The notes beneath the pieces are model-generated. The model searched no databases. It was given only the letters and a program-made list of their open reading frames with translations, and was not told where the DNA came from. The position numbers were made by a program, and so were the translations under genes. Positions 1 through 10,558 of a stretch of 39,873 nucleotides of DNA are shown piece by piece. Numbering within the stretch: the stretch's first letter is position 1; every line of letters starts with the position of its first letter. The DNA is from a virus: the UHGV virus genome UHGV-0062059, one strand, 5' to 3'.

Positions 1-90
1 TCACTCTGCCAGATGGCGCAATGCCATCTGGTATCACTTAAAGGTATTAAAAACAACTTTTTGTCTTTTTACCTTCCCGTTTCGCTCAAG

Positions 91-105
91 TTAGTATAAA
101 AAAGC
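91..105 (-). other. attR: attR core (lambda-type O core, GCTTTTTTATACTAA on minus strand) with attB B' flank at 1-90
   Basis: Minus strand reads ...GTTTCTCGTTCAGCTTTTTTATACTAACTTGAGCGAAACGGGAAGG..., i.e. phage P arm, core, then the E. coli attB B' arm as I recall it. Confidence 0.8.
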
Positions 106-198
106 TGAACGAGAAACAGAAAACACTGTAAATATCAATATGTTATGAAAGATTTAGTCTAAATAATAGACTGCATAATACTACAAAACACAACATAT

Positions 199-240
199 CC
201 AGTCACTATGAATCAACTACTTAGATAGTATTAGTGACCT
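199..240. promoter_or_regulatory. Int arm-type binding sites in the P arm (CAGTCACTAT and AGGTCACTAAT-like repeats)
   Basis: cagtcactatgaatcaactacttagatagtattagtgacct resembles the lambda P1/P2 arm-site region. Confidence 0.5.
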
Positions 241-549
241 GAGGCAGAGCATTAGCGCAAGGTGATTTTTTGTCCTCTTGCGCTAATTTTTTGTCAACGG
301 ACTTGGTTAGTTGAATTTACAACCATGCTCAGTATCTCGATAAGCGCAGAGAAATGATGCAGTGGTGGGCGGATTGGCTTGATGAGAAGGTAGAGTGATC
401 CGCCTTAACAACTATCGAAGAGCACAAAGCCTTGTGTGTCTCATAGGCTATGAAACAATCATTTTACATGGTTACTTCACTACTTCCGCACAATATGATA
501 TCGTTCACAATCTAAAAATATTAATAATTTATCCATTACCGCGGTTAAT

Positions 550-576
550 GCCCGTCGCTTCCAACGGGCTTTTTTG
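550..576 (+). terminator. Rho-independent terminator-like hairpin
   Basis: gcccgt-cgcttcca-acgggc followed by TTTTTTG. Confidence 0.4.
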
Positions 577-721
577 TAAATTATATTTTTATTACCTTAT
601 ATTAATATTGGTAATATGTCTGCATGATGTTTTATATTTAATTTCGTTGACGTCAATATTTTTTGCCAATGTACTTACTTCTTTATGTGAGCAGTTCATA
701 TTTTTGACGCCAACGAAACAT

Positions 722-3667
722 TTAGTGCTTCCCTTCTATTAAGTCTAACCTAGCTTTTATTCTTTCTATTTCTCTGCGCTGCCATGCCGCCTCGATATAG
801 AATAAGAGATCAGGTCTGACCCCCCATCTAGATCCTGCTGGCGTTATTTCAACGCGCTCAATGATGTCTTCCATTACCATCACTGGATTATCATCCTCAT
901 CAACAATGATGCTCCCGTCATTATCAGTCAGCGGCATTTCCCTTTGGCCAGTAATGACGTCATCATATACTGCGGGATAATCGTCATAGCAAAGAAAGGC
1001 ATAGCGGCATGTTGTGCTTTCTTCTTCCATGAGTCCGTGAGAAATAAGAACATCACGAAGTTGCTGCGCGATTACACCATGATGTATCCTCGCCCCTTCT
1101 TCCCCCTTTATAGCGACAGCGTTCAGCCATTTATAAGCGATATACCTGACGTCACCCCAGGCATCCAGCAATGCTTCGTCAGGAGAGACCGGCTCTGTCT
1201 TTAATGTTCCGTCACTGGTAATCACAGGATTGGAGCCAAGATAAACTGTCGAGAACCTGTTTCCCGGACCACCAAGAGCATTTACATTATCAAGATAAGG
1301 TTTAACATCTCCGTTCTCAAAAAGATGTTCGAGTGCGTTATATACCGCGCGACGTGGAGTACTGCTTCCGGAACCATGCAACGTTATCATTGCACCATCT
1401 GCTGAAGACGTTGTTTCACCTCCGCTAACGATTAATCTCTGAGCGGTAACATCATCAGACGGTACTTTCTTCGCAATAATGGCGTAATTACCCTCAAGTT
1501 TGACTTCCGCGCGAACTTGTCCTGATGTACCTGCATGGACAGTCAGTGACTGGACGGCAACATCATCTGTGAAATCAACGGGTACAGGAACCGTCCTCAC
1601 GCCTGACGTCGACATAAAAGTAGGAAGCGTTCTGTTAGGAGTGGCTCCGTAGACAAAATCCCTTGAAACAAATTCTTCCTGTTTAATTTTCACCCTGAAA
1701 CAATACAAATCAGCCGGGTGACCATCGTGAACATAAGGATATTTTCTGTTGTTATCCCCTATGCTCCATGGGTTTAGAAAGTCTTCCCCACCGAAAATGT
1801 AGTACAGCCAGTTGTCTTTGATACAAACTGAACCAACACCAACCGCAGAGTTAACTATTCCGCCCTGATAAATCTGATCAGTAACATTAACCCACTCTAC
1901 ATTATCCAGACTCCACTCATTGACGTTAACTCTGGTCATAAATGTTCTTGGATAATTTCCTGCATAACGGTTATCAGGTTCTCCTCCTTCCCACTCACCA
2001 AATGCGCGCTCACTGCCAAAAATAATCAGCTCATCGCCAACTTTGGCAAAAGGAAGGTTTGAGTGATGAACATTATTTGGGAAGCGAAGAGAATTCCATG
2101 ATGTACCTAAATCAGAGCTTCTGTGCAATGAACTACCGGGTTGAGTACTTAATGTCCCCCTGGTCGTCAGATACAGAATGCCATCATAATATTTTACACA
2201 TGGCTCAGATGCATTCGCCTCATATTCTACAGGTATGCGTCTGCGAACAAAGCTACCAGGAGAACCGAAAGCATCAGAGAAATAGAGTATCCCAAGCTCG
2301 CGTGGATCAATATCACCATTATGGTAGCCAACAGCAAAACTGTTATCGCTAATCGTCGCAAAACTGTGAATCTCAGTAACAGGAGTGCTTCCGTCAACAA
2401 AAGAAGGAATAGTTCCAAGACTGGTTTTTCTCCATGGTGACGAGTGAAATGATGTACCAAAACTCCAGTATCTACCCTCGTTATTCTGATCCACATCCTG
2501 GGTATTTTGCGTCGTAACTGTAAAAGTATTTTTATCAATAACAGTAGTCACCGTCATATTCCCGGTAACACCTGTAACACCAGAGTTTGAGAAGTTGACA
2601 AAATCACCAGCAAATAATCCGTGATCAGTAATGCGAATATAAGCGACTTGCTGATTTGCTGCTTTCGTTATACCACCATAAACGCGAAGGCTGCGACTCA
2701 TTGGGCGATCCCACAACTCTGCAACCTGCAGTTTATTTCCGCTCACGGTCCGCGTCTCAATTACAGCAAAAAGGCGATTTCTGACAACCCCCATACTCAT
2801 GCAGTGATAGTTAACTGTGGGATAGTTTTCATGTAAATCTGTAAGCCATTCCGGCGTTGTCCAGGTCTTCCCGTCATCTCCTGAGCGAACCCATGCAACA
2901 TGGAGGTTATTTACACCATGGCGGTCTCCAGCCATAAAAGGCGCATAGATGACATTGTCATATACAAACGTTTTATCCTGCGTCCAGGCGTTGTACCACG
3001 GTGTATCTGTAATTTTAAATAACTCTCCCTGGATAAAATCTTCAGAAGCATAAAAAAGAGGCTGACCCGGTATTCTCTCAAATAAAAAACGAGCATTTTT
3101 AAATCGACTGACATCTGGAAGAGTTGATACTTTAAAAGTAAGCCCTCGCCCATCTATCTTTTCACCACCTGTTGCAACAGAAAGTAATTCTGATAGAGCT
3201 GATGTGTCATCATGAACACCATCACCAATAGCCCCCCAACCTCTTACATCATAACTGTCTCTCCATCTTGCTATCTGAAGTTTTGGGTATTTATTCGCTC
3301 CATCTGGGTCTTCTAATTGCTGCCGTAACTGATCAGGATCATACTTCAGCACATTAGGAAAATAGAACTGCTGCGCACCATACGCATCATAAACAGCCAT
3401 AGAATGGCCTTGCACGGTAACGAATTTGGCAATCTGTCCGTTATATACCGGATATCCAGCAGCGTTAATGATTATTGGTTGCGAAACAGGAATGTGAGAA
3501 CCGTCTTCGTTCTCTACATAAACCTGAATCTGGTTTTCAGGATTTACCGGGTCAGTGTCAATTTTACCGATATAAATTTTGCCATTGGCTACGGCTTTAA
3601 AAGAACGCGCCATAGTGAAGAGTTGCGAAGGCATACTCACTACAACATTGGCTGTAATGTCTGTCAT
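722..3667 (-). CDS. Tailspike: P22 gp9-like head-binding N-terminus + sialidase-fold (endosialidase-like) domain + C-terminal intramolecular chaperone (S74-like) domain
   Basis: N-terminal ~110 aa closely matches the P22 tailspike head-binding domain ([11 protein letters not shown]...VLKYDPDQ). Two Asp-boxes ([16 protein letters not shown]). C-terminal S-x4-K (VITSDGTLK) and a conserved chaperone-like tail. Confidence 0.85.
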   Translation of the reverse strand: MTDITANVVVSMPSQLFTMARSFKAVANGKIYIGKIDTDPVNPENQIQVYVENEDGSHIPVSQPIIINAAGYPVYNGQIAKFVTVQGHSMAVYDAYGAQQFYFPNVLKYDPDQLRQQLEDPDGANKYPKLQIARWRDSYDVRGWGAIGDGVHDDTSALSELLSVATGGEKIDGRGLTFKVSTLPDVSRFKNARFLFERIPGQPLFYASEDFIQGELFKITDTPWYNAWTQDKTFVYDNVIYAPFMAGDRHGVNNLHVAWVRSGDDGKTWTTPEWLTDLHENYPTVNYHCMSMGVVRNRLFAVIETRTVSGNKLQVAELWDRPMSRSLRVYGGITKAANQQVAYIRITDHGLFAGDFVNFSNSGVTGVTGNMTVTTVIDKNTFTVTTQNTQDVDQNNEGRYWSFGTSFHSSPWRKTSLGTIPSFVDGSTPVTEIHSFATISDNSFAVGYHNGDIDPRELGILYFSDAFGSPGSFVRRRIPVEYEANASEPCVKYYDGILYLTTRGTLSTQPGSSLHRSSDLGTSWNSLRFPNNVHHSNLPFAKVGDELIIFGSERAFGEWEGGEPDNRYAGNYPRTFMTRVNVNEWSLDNVEWVNVTDQIYQGGIVNSAVGVGSVCIKDNWLYYIFGGEDFLNPWSIGDNNRKYPYVHDGHPADLYCFRVKIKQEEFVSRDFVYGATPNRTLPTFMSTSGVRTVPVPVDFTDDVAVQSLTVHAGTSGQVRAEVKLEGNYAIIAKKVPSDDVTAQRLIVSGGETTSSADGAMITLHGSGSSTPRRAVYNALEHLFENGDVKPYLDNVNALGGPGNRFSTVYLGSNPVITSDGTLKTEPVSPDEALLDAWGDVRYIAYKWLNAVAIKGEEGARIHHGVIAQQLRDVLISHGLMEEESTTCRYAFLCYDDYPAVYDDVITGQREMPLTDNDGSIIVDEDDNPVMVMEDIIERVEITPAGSRWGVRPDLLFYIEAAWQRREIERIKARLDLIEGKH

Positions 3668-3735
3668 TTAATTTGCTCCAGATACAAGGAATCGCCGCAG
3701 CATTGCCACAGTGATGCATTATTAATCAAACAAAG

Positions 3736-3781
3736 AGACCACTGTGGTCTTATTGAGGATGCAACCAGCAGATAATAAGAT
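3736..3781 (+). promoter_or_regulatory. Perfect palindrome AGACCAC-T-GTGGTCT (3736-3750, putative Mnt operator) abutting a candidate mnt promoter (-35 TTGAGG 3753-3758, -10 TAAGAT 3776-3781)
   Basis: 7-1-7 palindrome seen directly; similar in form to the P22 Mnt operator but a different sequence. Promoter hexamers have 17-bp spacing. Confidence 0.4.
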
Positions 3782-3813
3782 GCCGATCCACTCACAAAAG
3801 CGAGGCATCAAGA

Positions 3814-4065
3814 ATGGGAAGAGATGACCCGCAATTTAATCTGCGGCTACCTTACGAATTAAAGGAAAAACTAAAACAGCGAGCCAAATCCAATGGCCGC
3901 TCTCTTAATTCAGAATTAGTTCAGATAGTGACTGATGCTGTATCAAAGCCATCCAAAATTTCAGGCTATCGAGACGATGCGGAACGCATCGCTGATGAGC
4001 AGTCAGAGCTTGTTAAGAAGATGGTGTTTGATACGCTGAAGGATTTGTACAAAAAACCCACCTGA
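3814..4065 (+). CDS. mnt: Mnt-like ribbon-helix-helix repressor (P22 immI Mnt homolog)
   Basis: 83 aa, near-identical over the C-terminal two-thirds to P22 Mnt as recalled (NGRS.NSEL.QIV.DA.SKPS...GYR.DAERIADEQSELVKKMVFDTLKDLYKK). N-terminal beta-strand residues differ. Confidence 0.85.
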   Translation: MGRDDPQFNLRLPYELKEKLKQRAKSNGRSLNSELVQIVTDAVSKPSKISGYRDDAERIADEQSELVKKMVFDTLKDLYKKPT

Positions 4066-4081
4066 AGGTGGGTTAATTTTT
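4056..4081. terminator. Bidirectional rho-independent terminator
   Basis: AAAAAA-acccacc-tgaa-ggtgggt-TAATTTTT; the hairpin is flanked by an A-run and a T-run, and overlaps the mnt stop. Confidence 0.6.
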
Positions 4082-4164
4082 GCATTTACCTGGGCCATAT
4101 TGACTACTTATAAAATGAGATCAATATTTAATCGCCCAATAACGGGTGTATGTTGAGGTATATC

Positions 4165-4344
4165 ATGGCGAAAAAACCAGGTGAAAACACAGGAAAAAAC
4201 GGCGGAATATACCAAGAAGTTGGCCCCCGCGGCGGTAAGAAAGACAATTTTGCAACCGTCAAGGACAACGAAAGGCTTCCACCAACAACAAAGCCAGGTC
4301 ATGGCTGGGTATTGGATAAGCGAACTCCAGACAGCAAAAAGTAA
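4165..4344 (+). CDS. Small conserved hypothetical protein (59 aa; possibly YjzC-like family)
   Basis: RBS GAGGT 6 nt upstream of ATG at 4165; MAKKPGENTGKNGGIYQEVGPRGG... Family assignment is from memory and uncertain. Confidence 0.5.
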   Translation: MAKKPGENTGKNGGIYQEVGPRGGKKDNFATVKDNERLPPTTKPGHGWVLDKRTPDSKK

Positions 4345-4357
4345 TAATCAAGCCGGG

Positions 4358-4723
4358 TCACTCCGGCTTTTTGATATGTCGCTCGCAGAACTCAACAAGC
4401 CTGCTCATTAAGTAGCAGTAAGTCTCGTTGGCTCTTCCTGGTTCAACATCAACACCTACCCTTGAGCAGATATCGAATGCCATGTGAGCGCACTCATGGG
4501 CAATAGTAGATAGTTTGCCATTGAACACGCCTATCACATGCAAAACACCATTCTCGCTACTCATTGTATGAGACGCTCCGTTGGCGTCCGAGTCATGCAC
4601 GTCAACGCCAAGTTTTTGATGCAGGCGTTGCCATTCTGGAAAGTCTCTACAAAACACAATTGTACCGCTCTCAAAGAGCGGAACGAGCATCTTTGGTACG
4701 TTTCCAATGTTAACTTTTTTCAT
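4358..4723 (-). CDS. Hypothetical protein with HExxH metallopeptidase-like motif ([10 protein letters not shown])
   Basis: 121-aa uninterrupted ORF; HExxH plus downstream Cys/His (C-x9-C-x2-H). Only a weak RBS. Confidence 0.5.
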   Translation of the reverse strand: MKKVNIGNVPKMLVPLFESGTIVFCRDFPEWQRLHQKLGVDVHDSDANGASHTMSSENGVLHVIGVFNGKLSTIAHECAHMAFDICSRVGVDVEPGRANETYCYLMSRLVEFCERHIKKPE

Positions 4724-4753
4724 GGTATCCTGCGCAAAACTAAGGAGGTTGGT

Positions 4754-5248
4754 GTGTCTGATTCTATGAGTTACGCTGTGCTAGTTGCCGCAACTCTATT
4801 TCTGGGGATAGGGTTGCAGATTGCGTGGTTCTTTTTTTCTAGTTTTATTAAACGTAAAAGAATTGAATCAAGGATATCTGAGATTTCTATTGCTATAGGG
4901 AAAAATGCTGAAAATCCAGAGAATGAGGCCTGCGCACTGAATTACCTTAAAGAAAAGTTTTCCCCTGAAAAATTTGAAAACAGAATTACTGATGCTCTTG
5001 GATTGGTAATATCAGTAATTCATATGCCACTAAGTTTGCTGATAACAGTGTGGTACTTCGCCATGATCGCCGGAAGAATATTTGGTTTCATGAATATAGA
5101 GCCTGTAGTTCTTTGGGTTCCAATGATACTGCAATTGTTGTTAAGCGTTGCTATCTTTATTTTTTCTGTTTTTATAAAAATTGTCTTCGGAAGATACCCC
5201 GGAGAAGCGAAGGGATTTAATAAAGAATTCATAAAAACTATAAAATAA
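4754..5248 (+). CDS. Small integral membrane protein, SieA-like position (candidate superinfection exclusion protein)
   Basis: RBS AAGGAGG at 4743-4748, then GTG 4754 (or ATG 4766). Three clear hydrophobic segments; AT-rich; sits between gp16 and mnt, where P22 sieA lies. Confidence 0.65.
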   Translation: MSDSMSYAVLVAATLFLGIGLQIAWFFFSSFIKRKRIESRISEISIAIGKNAENPENEACALNYLKEKFSPEKFENRITDALGLVISVIHMPLSLLITVWYFAMIAGRIFGFMNIEPVVLWVPMILQLLLSVAIFIFSVFIKIVFGRYPGEAKGFNKEFIKTIK

Positions 5249-5270
5249 ATGCCGTCCTTGGCTTACAGTG

Positions 5271-7112
5271 CTACTGCCGGGTAGCTTCGTTAACTAAGAG
5301 CGGGCGCACGGCAGTAGCCGCCTGATTTAGCGCTCTTTCATAAGCTGGCGTTCCAGCTTTAGTGTTTGCCAGACGTAAGAGCGCATTCCTTGCTGCTTTG
5401 GATTCATACAAGCGCATCATTGCACCGAAACCAGCCTCAAGCCCCATTGATACGCCAAGAGTCGTAGTTGCGCCAATCGTCCTTATCCTGTTGGCTTGCG
5501 ATTGCCCCGTCTGAGTTACTACATTTGCGGTGTCTGATCTTGCTGCTTGCTGTAGAACTTCATGAAGAGCATCAAGTTCTTTCATGTGCTTTCCAGAAAA
5601 AATAGTGTTGTAAATTTCACCGCCTGACTGAGATTTCAGCTTATTAACTTCAGTGATGAACTTGGCTGGAGAGTCACCGGCCTTTTCCGCTATTTTGCTG
5701 ACGTAAGCTGCACGCATAGCATCTTTCCCTTTATCATCAAGTGCGCTCCAGATTCGTTTCACGTCAGATGGTTTTCTGCTTAATACAACGGTATTTATAA
5801 GTTCAGGACTGGCTTCACTGCTTGCCTTGTTGAGCTTGTTAGCAATGTTTTTATTAAGCACCTTATTATAAACGTTTGCATAATCGGAATTTGCTTTAAG
5901 GTATTTTGCTGCGTCTGAAGCACCGAGGTTTTTGGCAACTGCGTTACGAAGGTCTTTTGACATTGCATTCTCTACCATATTGGTAGCTGCTTTTGCCTGG
6001 TTGGGGAAGACCATGGCATCTCCCTGAACATTAGATCTAAATGCTGTTCTGTGCTGGCGCAAGAGATCAAACGTAACATCCAAATCAGTTGCAGGGTTTG
6101 CTAATTCTTCACGTAGGTTACGCAAGGATGTAAGCAGGTTTTGATTGGCAGAAGTCCCAAGCCGTTCCTGTCTTGCGATCGCTGTATTCAGAGCATTCAT
6201 GGTATTTGTGGTATCAACTGCGGCATTACCCATTTTATTGGTGACGTCATTGATAACAGCGCCAGCGGCATCCTTCCGTCCCCTTAACGTGGTGGTCAGA
6301 GATCTCACCACATCATCAGGGTTGTACTCACCAAAACGGTCAAAATAATTGCTTACCAGCTTACTACGCGTTGCATATTGCTCCGCTCGCTTTGAGCCTG
6401 TCCCGAGCAAAGCCCCCTCAGCATCTTGAGTAAGTCCGCGAGTGAAAGCATTTTTCGGCGGGATAACATCAGATGTCATTGGTGTCACGCCCATCGATTC
6501 TGATGTGGCAATTTTCTTTGCCACTTCTGGCGCAATATCACCTTTTATAGCCGTTATTCCACGCCCTATTCCCTTTGCTGCTGCGGAAAGAACACCCTGA
6601 GCGGCAAGGTTAACTCCGGCATTTTTAGCTGCATTTTGTGCGAAATCACCTTTCTGATTTGCGGCCTCTGCCAGTGATCCAATAGCCATGCTTCCTGCCG
6701 TTCCAACTCCTGGAACTAAATACCCGCCAATTGTTTCTCCAGCTTGAGCGTAGGGGTCTGTCGGTCTGTCTACTGGACGATAAACATCATCCAAAACCTT
6801 GGGGCCACCAAGCCCCTGACTGATTGCATTAATCAGACTTGCGCCGCCCTGTAATACGTCAAATGGTATGTTTACCAGACCACGACCAGCCTGTTCTGCA
6901 ATTTGCCCTGCACTTTGACCACCAGTGAGCCAATCGCCAGCTTGTTGCATCAATGATGGTTCTTCCCGTGTTGGTGCATTATTGGCCTGATTAACTGTTT
7001 GTTGCTGAACAGCCTGACCAGCAAAATACTCATCAATGGCGGTGCCAATATCTTCCGTGCTCGTACCATCAGGGAAGGGAAATGTCTTACCGTTTGCAGT
7101 TACTTTCATCAT
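5271..7112 (-). CDS. gp16: Ejection (internal virion) protein, P22 gp16-like
   Basis: 613 aa; synteny after gp20; ATGA overlap with upstream gene; Ala/Gly-rich like P22 gp16. Confidence 0.85.
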   Translation of the reverse strand: MMKVTANGKTFPFPDGTSTEDIGTAIDEYFAGQAVQQQTVNQANNAPTREEPSLMQQAGDWLTGGQSAGQIAEQAGRGLVNIPFDVLQGGASLINAISQGLGGPKVLDDVYRPVDRPTDPYAQAGETIGGYLVPGVGTAGSMAIGSLAEAANQKGDFAQNAAKNAGVNLAAQGVLSAAAKGIGRGITAIKGDIAPEVAKKIATSESMGVTPMTSDVIPPKNAFTRGLTQDAEGALLGTGSKRAEQYATRSKLVSNYFDRFGEYNPDDVVRSLTTTLRGRKDAAGAVINDVTNKMGNAAVDTTNTMNALNTAIARQERLGTSANQNLLTSLRNLREELANPATDLDVTFDLLRQHRTAFRSNVQGDAMVFPNQAKAATNMVENAMSKDLRNAVAKNLGASDAAKYLKANSDYANVYNKVLNKNIANKLNKASSEASPELINTVVLSRKPSDVKRIWSALDDKGKDAMRAAYVSKIAEKAGDSPAKFITEVNKLKSQSGGEIYNTIFSGKHMKELDALHEVLQQAARSDTANVVTQTGQSQANRIRTIGATTTLGVSMGLEAGFGAMMRLYESKAARNALLRLANTKAGTPAYERALNQAATAVRPLLVNEATRQ

Positions 7113-8485
7113 TCCACCGTAAATTGAATGCCTGATTTTGACGTGTAGCTACCTCCTGCTGATTGCTGAGTAGCTGGCTGTTGCCTTGATGATTTCTTCC
7201 CGCCATTACCGACATTAACGTTATATTGCTGGTTGTAATTGTCGGTATATTGCTGAATGTCGCGCATTGATTGTTGCAGTGCTTCAGGGCTTGAGAAATC
7301 AACCTGTGGCATACCTTGAAAATACATCTTTGCTTCTGCAACGGTGTTGATACCGGATGCCCCCATGTCTCTGGCTGCTGCAATGCCCTGATTCTGCATC
7401 TTTCCTTGGATTCGCTGTGCAGCGTTGTATAGTTTCCTCTGATCACCACCAGATGCACGGCTACGAATATCTGCACCAAGAGCAGGAGAACCTGAAGAGC
7501 CTGTAATGCCAGTCATGAAGCCAAGATCGTCAATTGATGCACCAGAAATTGCATCAAGATCTTTCTTCATTGCGTAATTCTGCGCGCTTGCTGCCGATGT
7601 AGCCGGAGCGGCAATAGAACCAGCAGGAACGCGAACCATATTCCCCTCGTTGTCGATACCTTCGTAGAACGCATTAGCCCCAGCGCCGTGAAGCTTCCCG
7701 CCTACCGTTACAGTTCTGCCATCTGCTAACTGAACTGTACGCTCATTATTCCCAACCGCCCCTTTCATTGATGCTCTCTGCATCGATAAATCCTGACCGC
7801 GCATCGTGATATTCTGACCACGCGCTGTTAGCGCCTCGCCAGCCTGATTGCTGCGGATTGTCTCTGCCAGTCTGCCTCGGTCAATCTCACGACCAGCTAT
7901 CTTGTCCTGAACATTGAAGTAATCAATCGGACCAAGTGCAGCCATTCCAAGGTGATCAACAAACTCTGTGAAACCTTGTGGATTTTGCTGATACATTTTC
8001 GCCACATCCAGAGGGTCTACTCCGGCACGAGTAAGCTCAGATGAGTTGTTCTGCAACCATGACATCATGGCTTCTGGAGATGAAGCTGCGAGTCTGGCAC
8101 TTGCTGCCAGTGTACCGACAGTGGAACGCTGGTCTTCATCGACAAATTTCATGCCGTTTCTTACAGCGTCAAGCTGCTCAGGATACTGTGATGCCAGCTT
8201 TCGCATTGCATCGCGGTCACCAGATGTATATGCATCAGCATAAGCCTGCTGAAACTCTTGCTGTCGCTTCTGCTGATCCATCTGCTTATACATATCCATG
8301 ACAGATGAAATGCCCTGTAAAGCCTGCAAGCCAACGTTATTACGTCCTGAACGCTCCATCTCGTTATTCTGTCGAATGTATGCAAGCGTGGCGTCTGCAT
8401 CACTTGCTCTTGGAGCGTTGGAGTTCATGCCGCCTAACCCGGCAAGAAGCGCGCCTGAATTACCAGCCTGTTGCCATGTAGCCAA
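7109..8485 (-). CDS. gp20: Ejection protein, P22 gp20-like
   Basis: 458 aa; synteny gp7-gp20-gp16. Confidence 0.85.
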   Translation of the reverse strand: MATWQQAGNSGALLAGLGGMNSNAPRASDADATLAYIRQNNEMERSGRNNVGLQALQGISSVMDMYKQMDQQKRQQEFQQAYADAYTSGDRDAMRKLASQYPEQLDAVRNGMKFVDEDQRSTVGTLAASARLAASSPEAMMSWLQNNSSELTRAGVDPLDVAKMYQQNPQGFTEFVDHLGMAALGPIDYFNVQDKIAGREIDRGRLAETIRSNQAGEALTARGQNITMRGQDLSMQRASMKGAVGNNERTVQLADGRTVTVGGKLHGAGANAFYEGIDNEGNMVRVPAGSIAAPATSAASAQNYAMKKDLDAISGASIDDLGFMTGITGSSGSPALGADIRSRASGGDQRKLYNAAQRIQGKMQNQGIAAARDMGASGINTVAEAKMYFQGMPQVDFSSPEALQQSMRDIQQYTDNYNQQYNVNVGNGGKKSSRQQPATQQSAGGSYTSKSGIQFTVE

Positions 8486-8497
8486 GAGACACCTCCA

Positions 8498-9151
8498 TTA
8501 AAAAAGTGAACCAAGAAGACCGACGCCAGCACCAATTGCTGTACCCCAACCAGGCATGATTGCAGTACCTGCAGCTGCACCTGCTGCCGCTCCACCCAAG
8601 GCGCTCTGAAATCCTGATGGTTTATTCGCATTAGCCGCAGATGCTGCCGCCTGCTGTTGATACAATTGGCTGACGTTGTTGGCATAGTTCTGCCCGGCGT
8701 TTGCCTGACCTGTAAGAGCGCCAAGGCCGATATTTGCCAGATTGTTGTAGTTGTTCATCTGACCTGACAGCCAGTTTTGACCGAGTGTAGGTGCGATTGC
8801 TGCTAACTGGTTTCCTGTTGCTGTAGAGCCTAATCCACCAGTTGCCTCTGCTGCTGCCAGACTCTGATAGCGCGCCTGCCCTGCAAGGTCTTTATACTGC
8901 TGAGAGTTGTAATACTGGTTAAGCGCCTGACCTTGCCCCTGAAGAGAGGAAAGATTCTGCAACTGTGATACGTACTGCTGAGCGAGTGGCGTGAACGGTG
9001 CAAGGTTTTGCATGTTCGTCTGCCACATTTCACGCTGCAGTTCGATGCCCTTTTCAGTTGCGCGGGCCTGCTCTTTTGCTCCGCTATCACTGCCACCTTT
9101 GCAGTAAACAGCTTTGCTGAGGTGCTTATTGGCAATCTGGAAAATTAACAT
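8498..9151 (-). CDS. gp7: Ejection protein, P22 gp7-like
   Basis: 217 aa; strong RBS GAGGAG; synteny. Confidence 0.8.
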   Translation of the reverse strand: MLIFQIANKHLSKAVYCKGGSDSGAKEQARATEKGIELQREMWQTNMQNLAPFTPLAQQYVSQLQNLSSLQGQGQALNQYYNSQQYKDLAGQARYQSLAAAEATGGLGSTATGNQLAAIAPTLGQNWLSGQMNNYNNLANIGLGALTGQANAGQNYANNVSQLYQQQAAASAANANKPSGFQSALGGAAAGAAAGTAIMPGWGTAIGAGVGLLGSLF

Positions 9152-9608
9152 TCGTTAGCTCCTCGTATTTTGAGCGCGGTAACTGATAAATCGTGATGCC
9201 TACAGGCTTTCCATTGCTGGTATAAGCATCATCAAGGTGACCAACACGGGTAGCGCCAAGCAAACGGATAATTGCCCGTCCATATTTTGTGGTGTCAGGA
9301 ACCATAGTGATGCTGTTAAGGAATGGTGAGTTTTCGAGAAGCCATTTGCAGAATAATCGATGCCCTTGCAGTGCATATTCGCCACGGAATCCGGGGTCGT
9401 ACACCGCATGGCATTCAACAACGCTATGCCAGAAGTTACGCACTTCATGCACTCCGACCAGCATCAGTCCTTCGTAGATGCCGAGGTATACCGCATCAGG
9501 CTTGATGTAGTATTTGTCTCCACTGTCTACGATATTTCCCGTGTTTGCCGGGTTGTTGAGGAATTCTGCAAGCTTCACCGGATTATCGATGAGCTTTATT
9601 TCCATCAC
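9126..9608 (-). CDS. gp14: P22 gp14-like protein (by synteny)
   Basis: 160 aa between tail needle and gp7. Confidence 0.7.
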   Translation of the reverse strand: MMEIKLIDNPVKLAEFLNNPANTGNIVDSGDKYYIKPDAVYLGIYEGLMLVGVHEVRNFWHSVVECHAVYDPGFRGEYALQGHRLFCKWLLENSPFLNSITMVPDTTKYGRAIIRLLGATRVGHLDDAYTSNGKPVGITIYQLPRSKYEELTNVNFPDCQ

Positions 9609-10558
9609 TGCTCCGCAATGATTTTGATGGTTGTGGCAGTAAACGACGCACCATTCGACTGAATGGTTAACGTGCTGCCATTTGTGGCAAGAAAGCCGTC
9701 TTTATCCACGCTGAAGAACGTAGCTAACAGGATGTTATCGGTCGTTGTCGCCGAGTTGCGACTGCTTACCAGTGTGTCAGGAACAGAGCCGGAAAAGGTT
9801 AGCTGCATTGACCTGTTTGCGGTTCCGCTGGGCCACGTCCCGACAATCGACAGCTTGAAGAACAGGGTTTTGTTCTCGTTGAAAACAACCATCTTGTTGT
9901 TATCAGTATCGAAGAATGGTGCCAACGTCCCGGATGACGGCGTGAGCGTTTTCAGCAGGCTAACAAGGTTGGTCGGCGCTGTTGGAATGGTTACCGATAC
10001 TCCTGAGTAAACAACCTCTGACTTCTTGCGAGTAGTGGCATACTCAAGCGCAGATATTCTTGTTGAGTGATCACCAACTGTGCTTTGAAGCGTCGAAATG
10101 CTTCCTTCAGCCGCTGTTAGCCTGGTATCCAGTGCGTCGATATCTGTTGCATTCTGAGTTATGCGCGCATCATGGTTTGCTAACTCAGATTCATTGGCAG
10201 CAATTCGCGTCTCGTGATCAGCCAGCTCTGTTTCAGCAGCCGTAATCCTTGTTTCATGATCTGCAAGAGTGCTTTCCGCTGCTGAAATTCTATGTTCATG
10301 ATTGGTGAGAGTTGCTTCAGCAGCTTCAATTCTGGATTCATGGTCTGCAAGGGTGACATCCTGCTCATCATTCTTCACCTGTGCATCATAAGCCCCCTTC
10401 CCTGCTTCGTTGGCCTTGTTTGCCACGTTACCAACATCAGCACCCTGTGCAATAACGTACAACAGATATGACTGCGAGAAGATATTGCGTGGAAGGATTG
10501 ATGTATCGAGTCGTGTAGCCTGAATTGTTACCGGCTCATTGAGATTCGAATCAGCCAT
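9605..10558 (-). CDS. gp26: Tail needle (P22 gp26-like) with extended coiled coil and C-terminal knob
   Basis: N-terminus [25 protein letters not shown]... matches P22 gp26; tandem ~14-aa repeats ([17 protein letters not shown]); 317 aa, longer than P22 gp26 (233 aa), as in Sf6-type needles. Confidence 0.9.
   Translation of the reverse strand: MADSNLNEPVTIQATRLDTSILPRNIFSQSYLLYVIAQGADVGNVANKANEAGKGAYDAQVKNDEQDVTLADHESRIEAAEATLTNHEHRISAAESTLADHETRITAAETELADHETRIAANESELANHDARITQNATDIDALDTRLTAAEGSISTLQSTVGDHSTRISALEYATTRKKSEVVYSGVSVTIPTAPTNLVSLLKTLTPSSGTLAPFFDTDNNKMVVFNENKTLFFKLSIVGTWPSGTANRSMQLTFSGSVPDTLVSSRNSATTTDNILLATFFSVDKDGFLATNGSTLTIQSNGASFTATTIKIIAEQ

Noticed and set aside
395..742. 115-aa + strand ORF in the att P-arm region
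   Set aside because: Low-complexity AT-rich translation, no RBS, lies within att/regulatory DNA.
4108..4302. 64-aa minus-strand ORF overlapping the small + strand gene
   Set aside because: Cys/Trp-rich improbable product, no RBS, antisense to a better-supported ORF.
4538..4753. Upstream extension of the SieA-like ORF (track start 4538)
   Set aside because: The extension is antisense to the HExxH ORF and has no RBS; RBS AAGGAGG supports a start at 4754 or 4766.
9126..9608. gp14-position protein as an acetyltransferase (for example a capsule O-acetyltransferase)
   Set aside because: No acetyltransferase motifs or phase-variation repeats seen; synteny fits P22 gp14.
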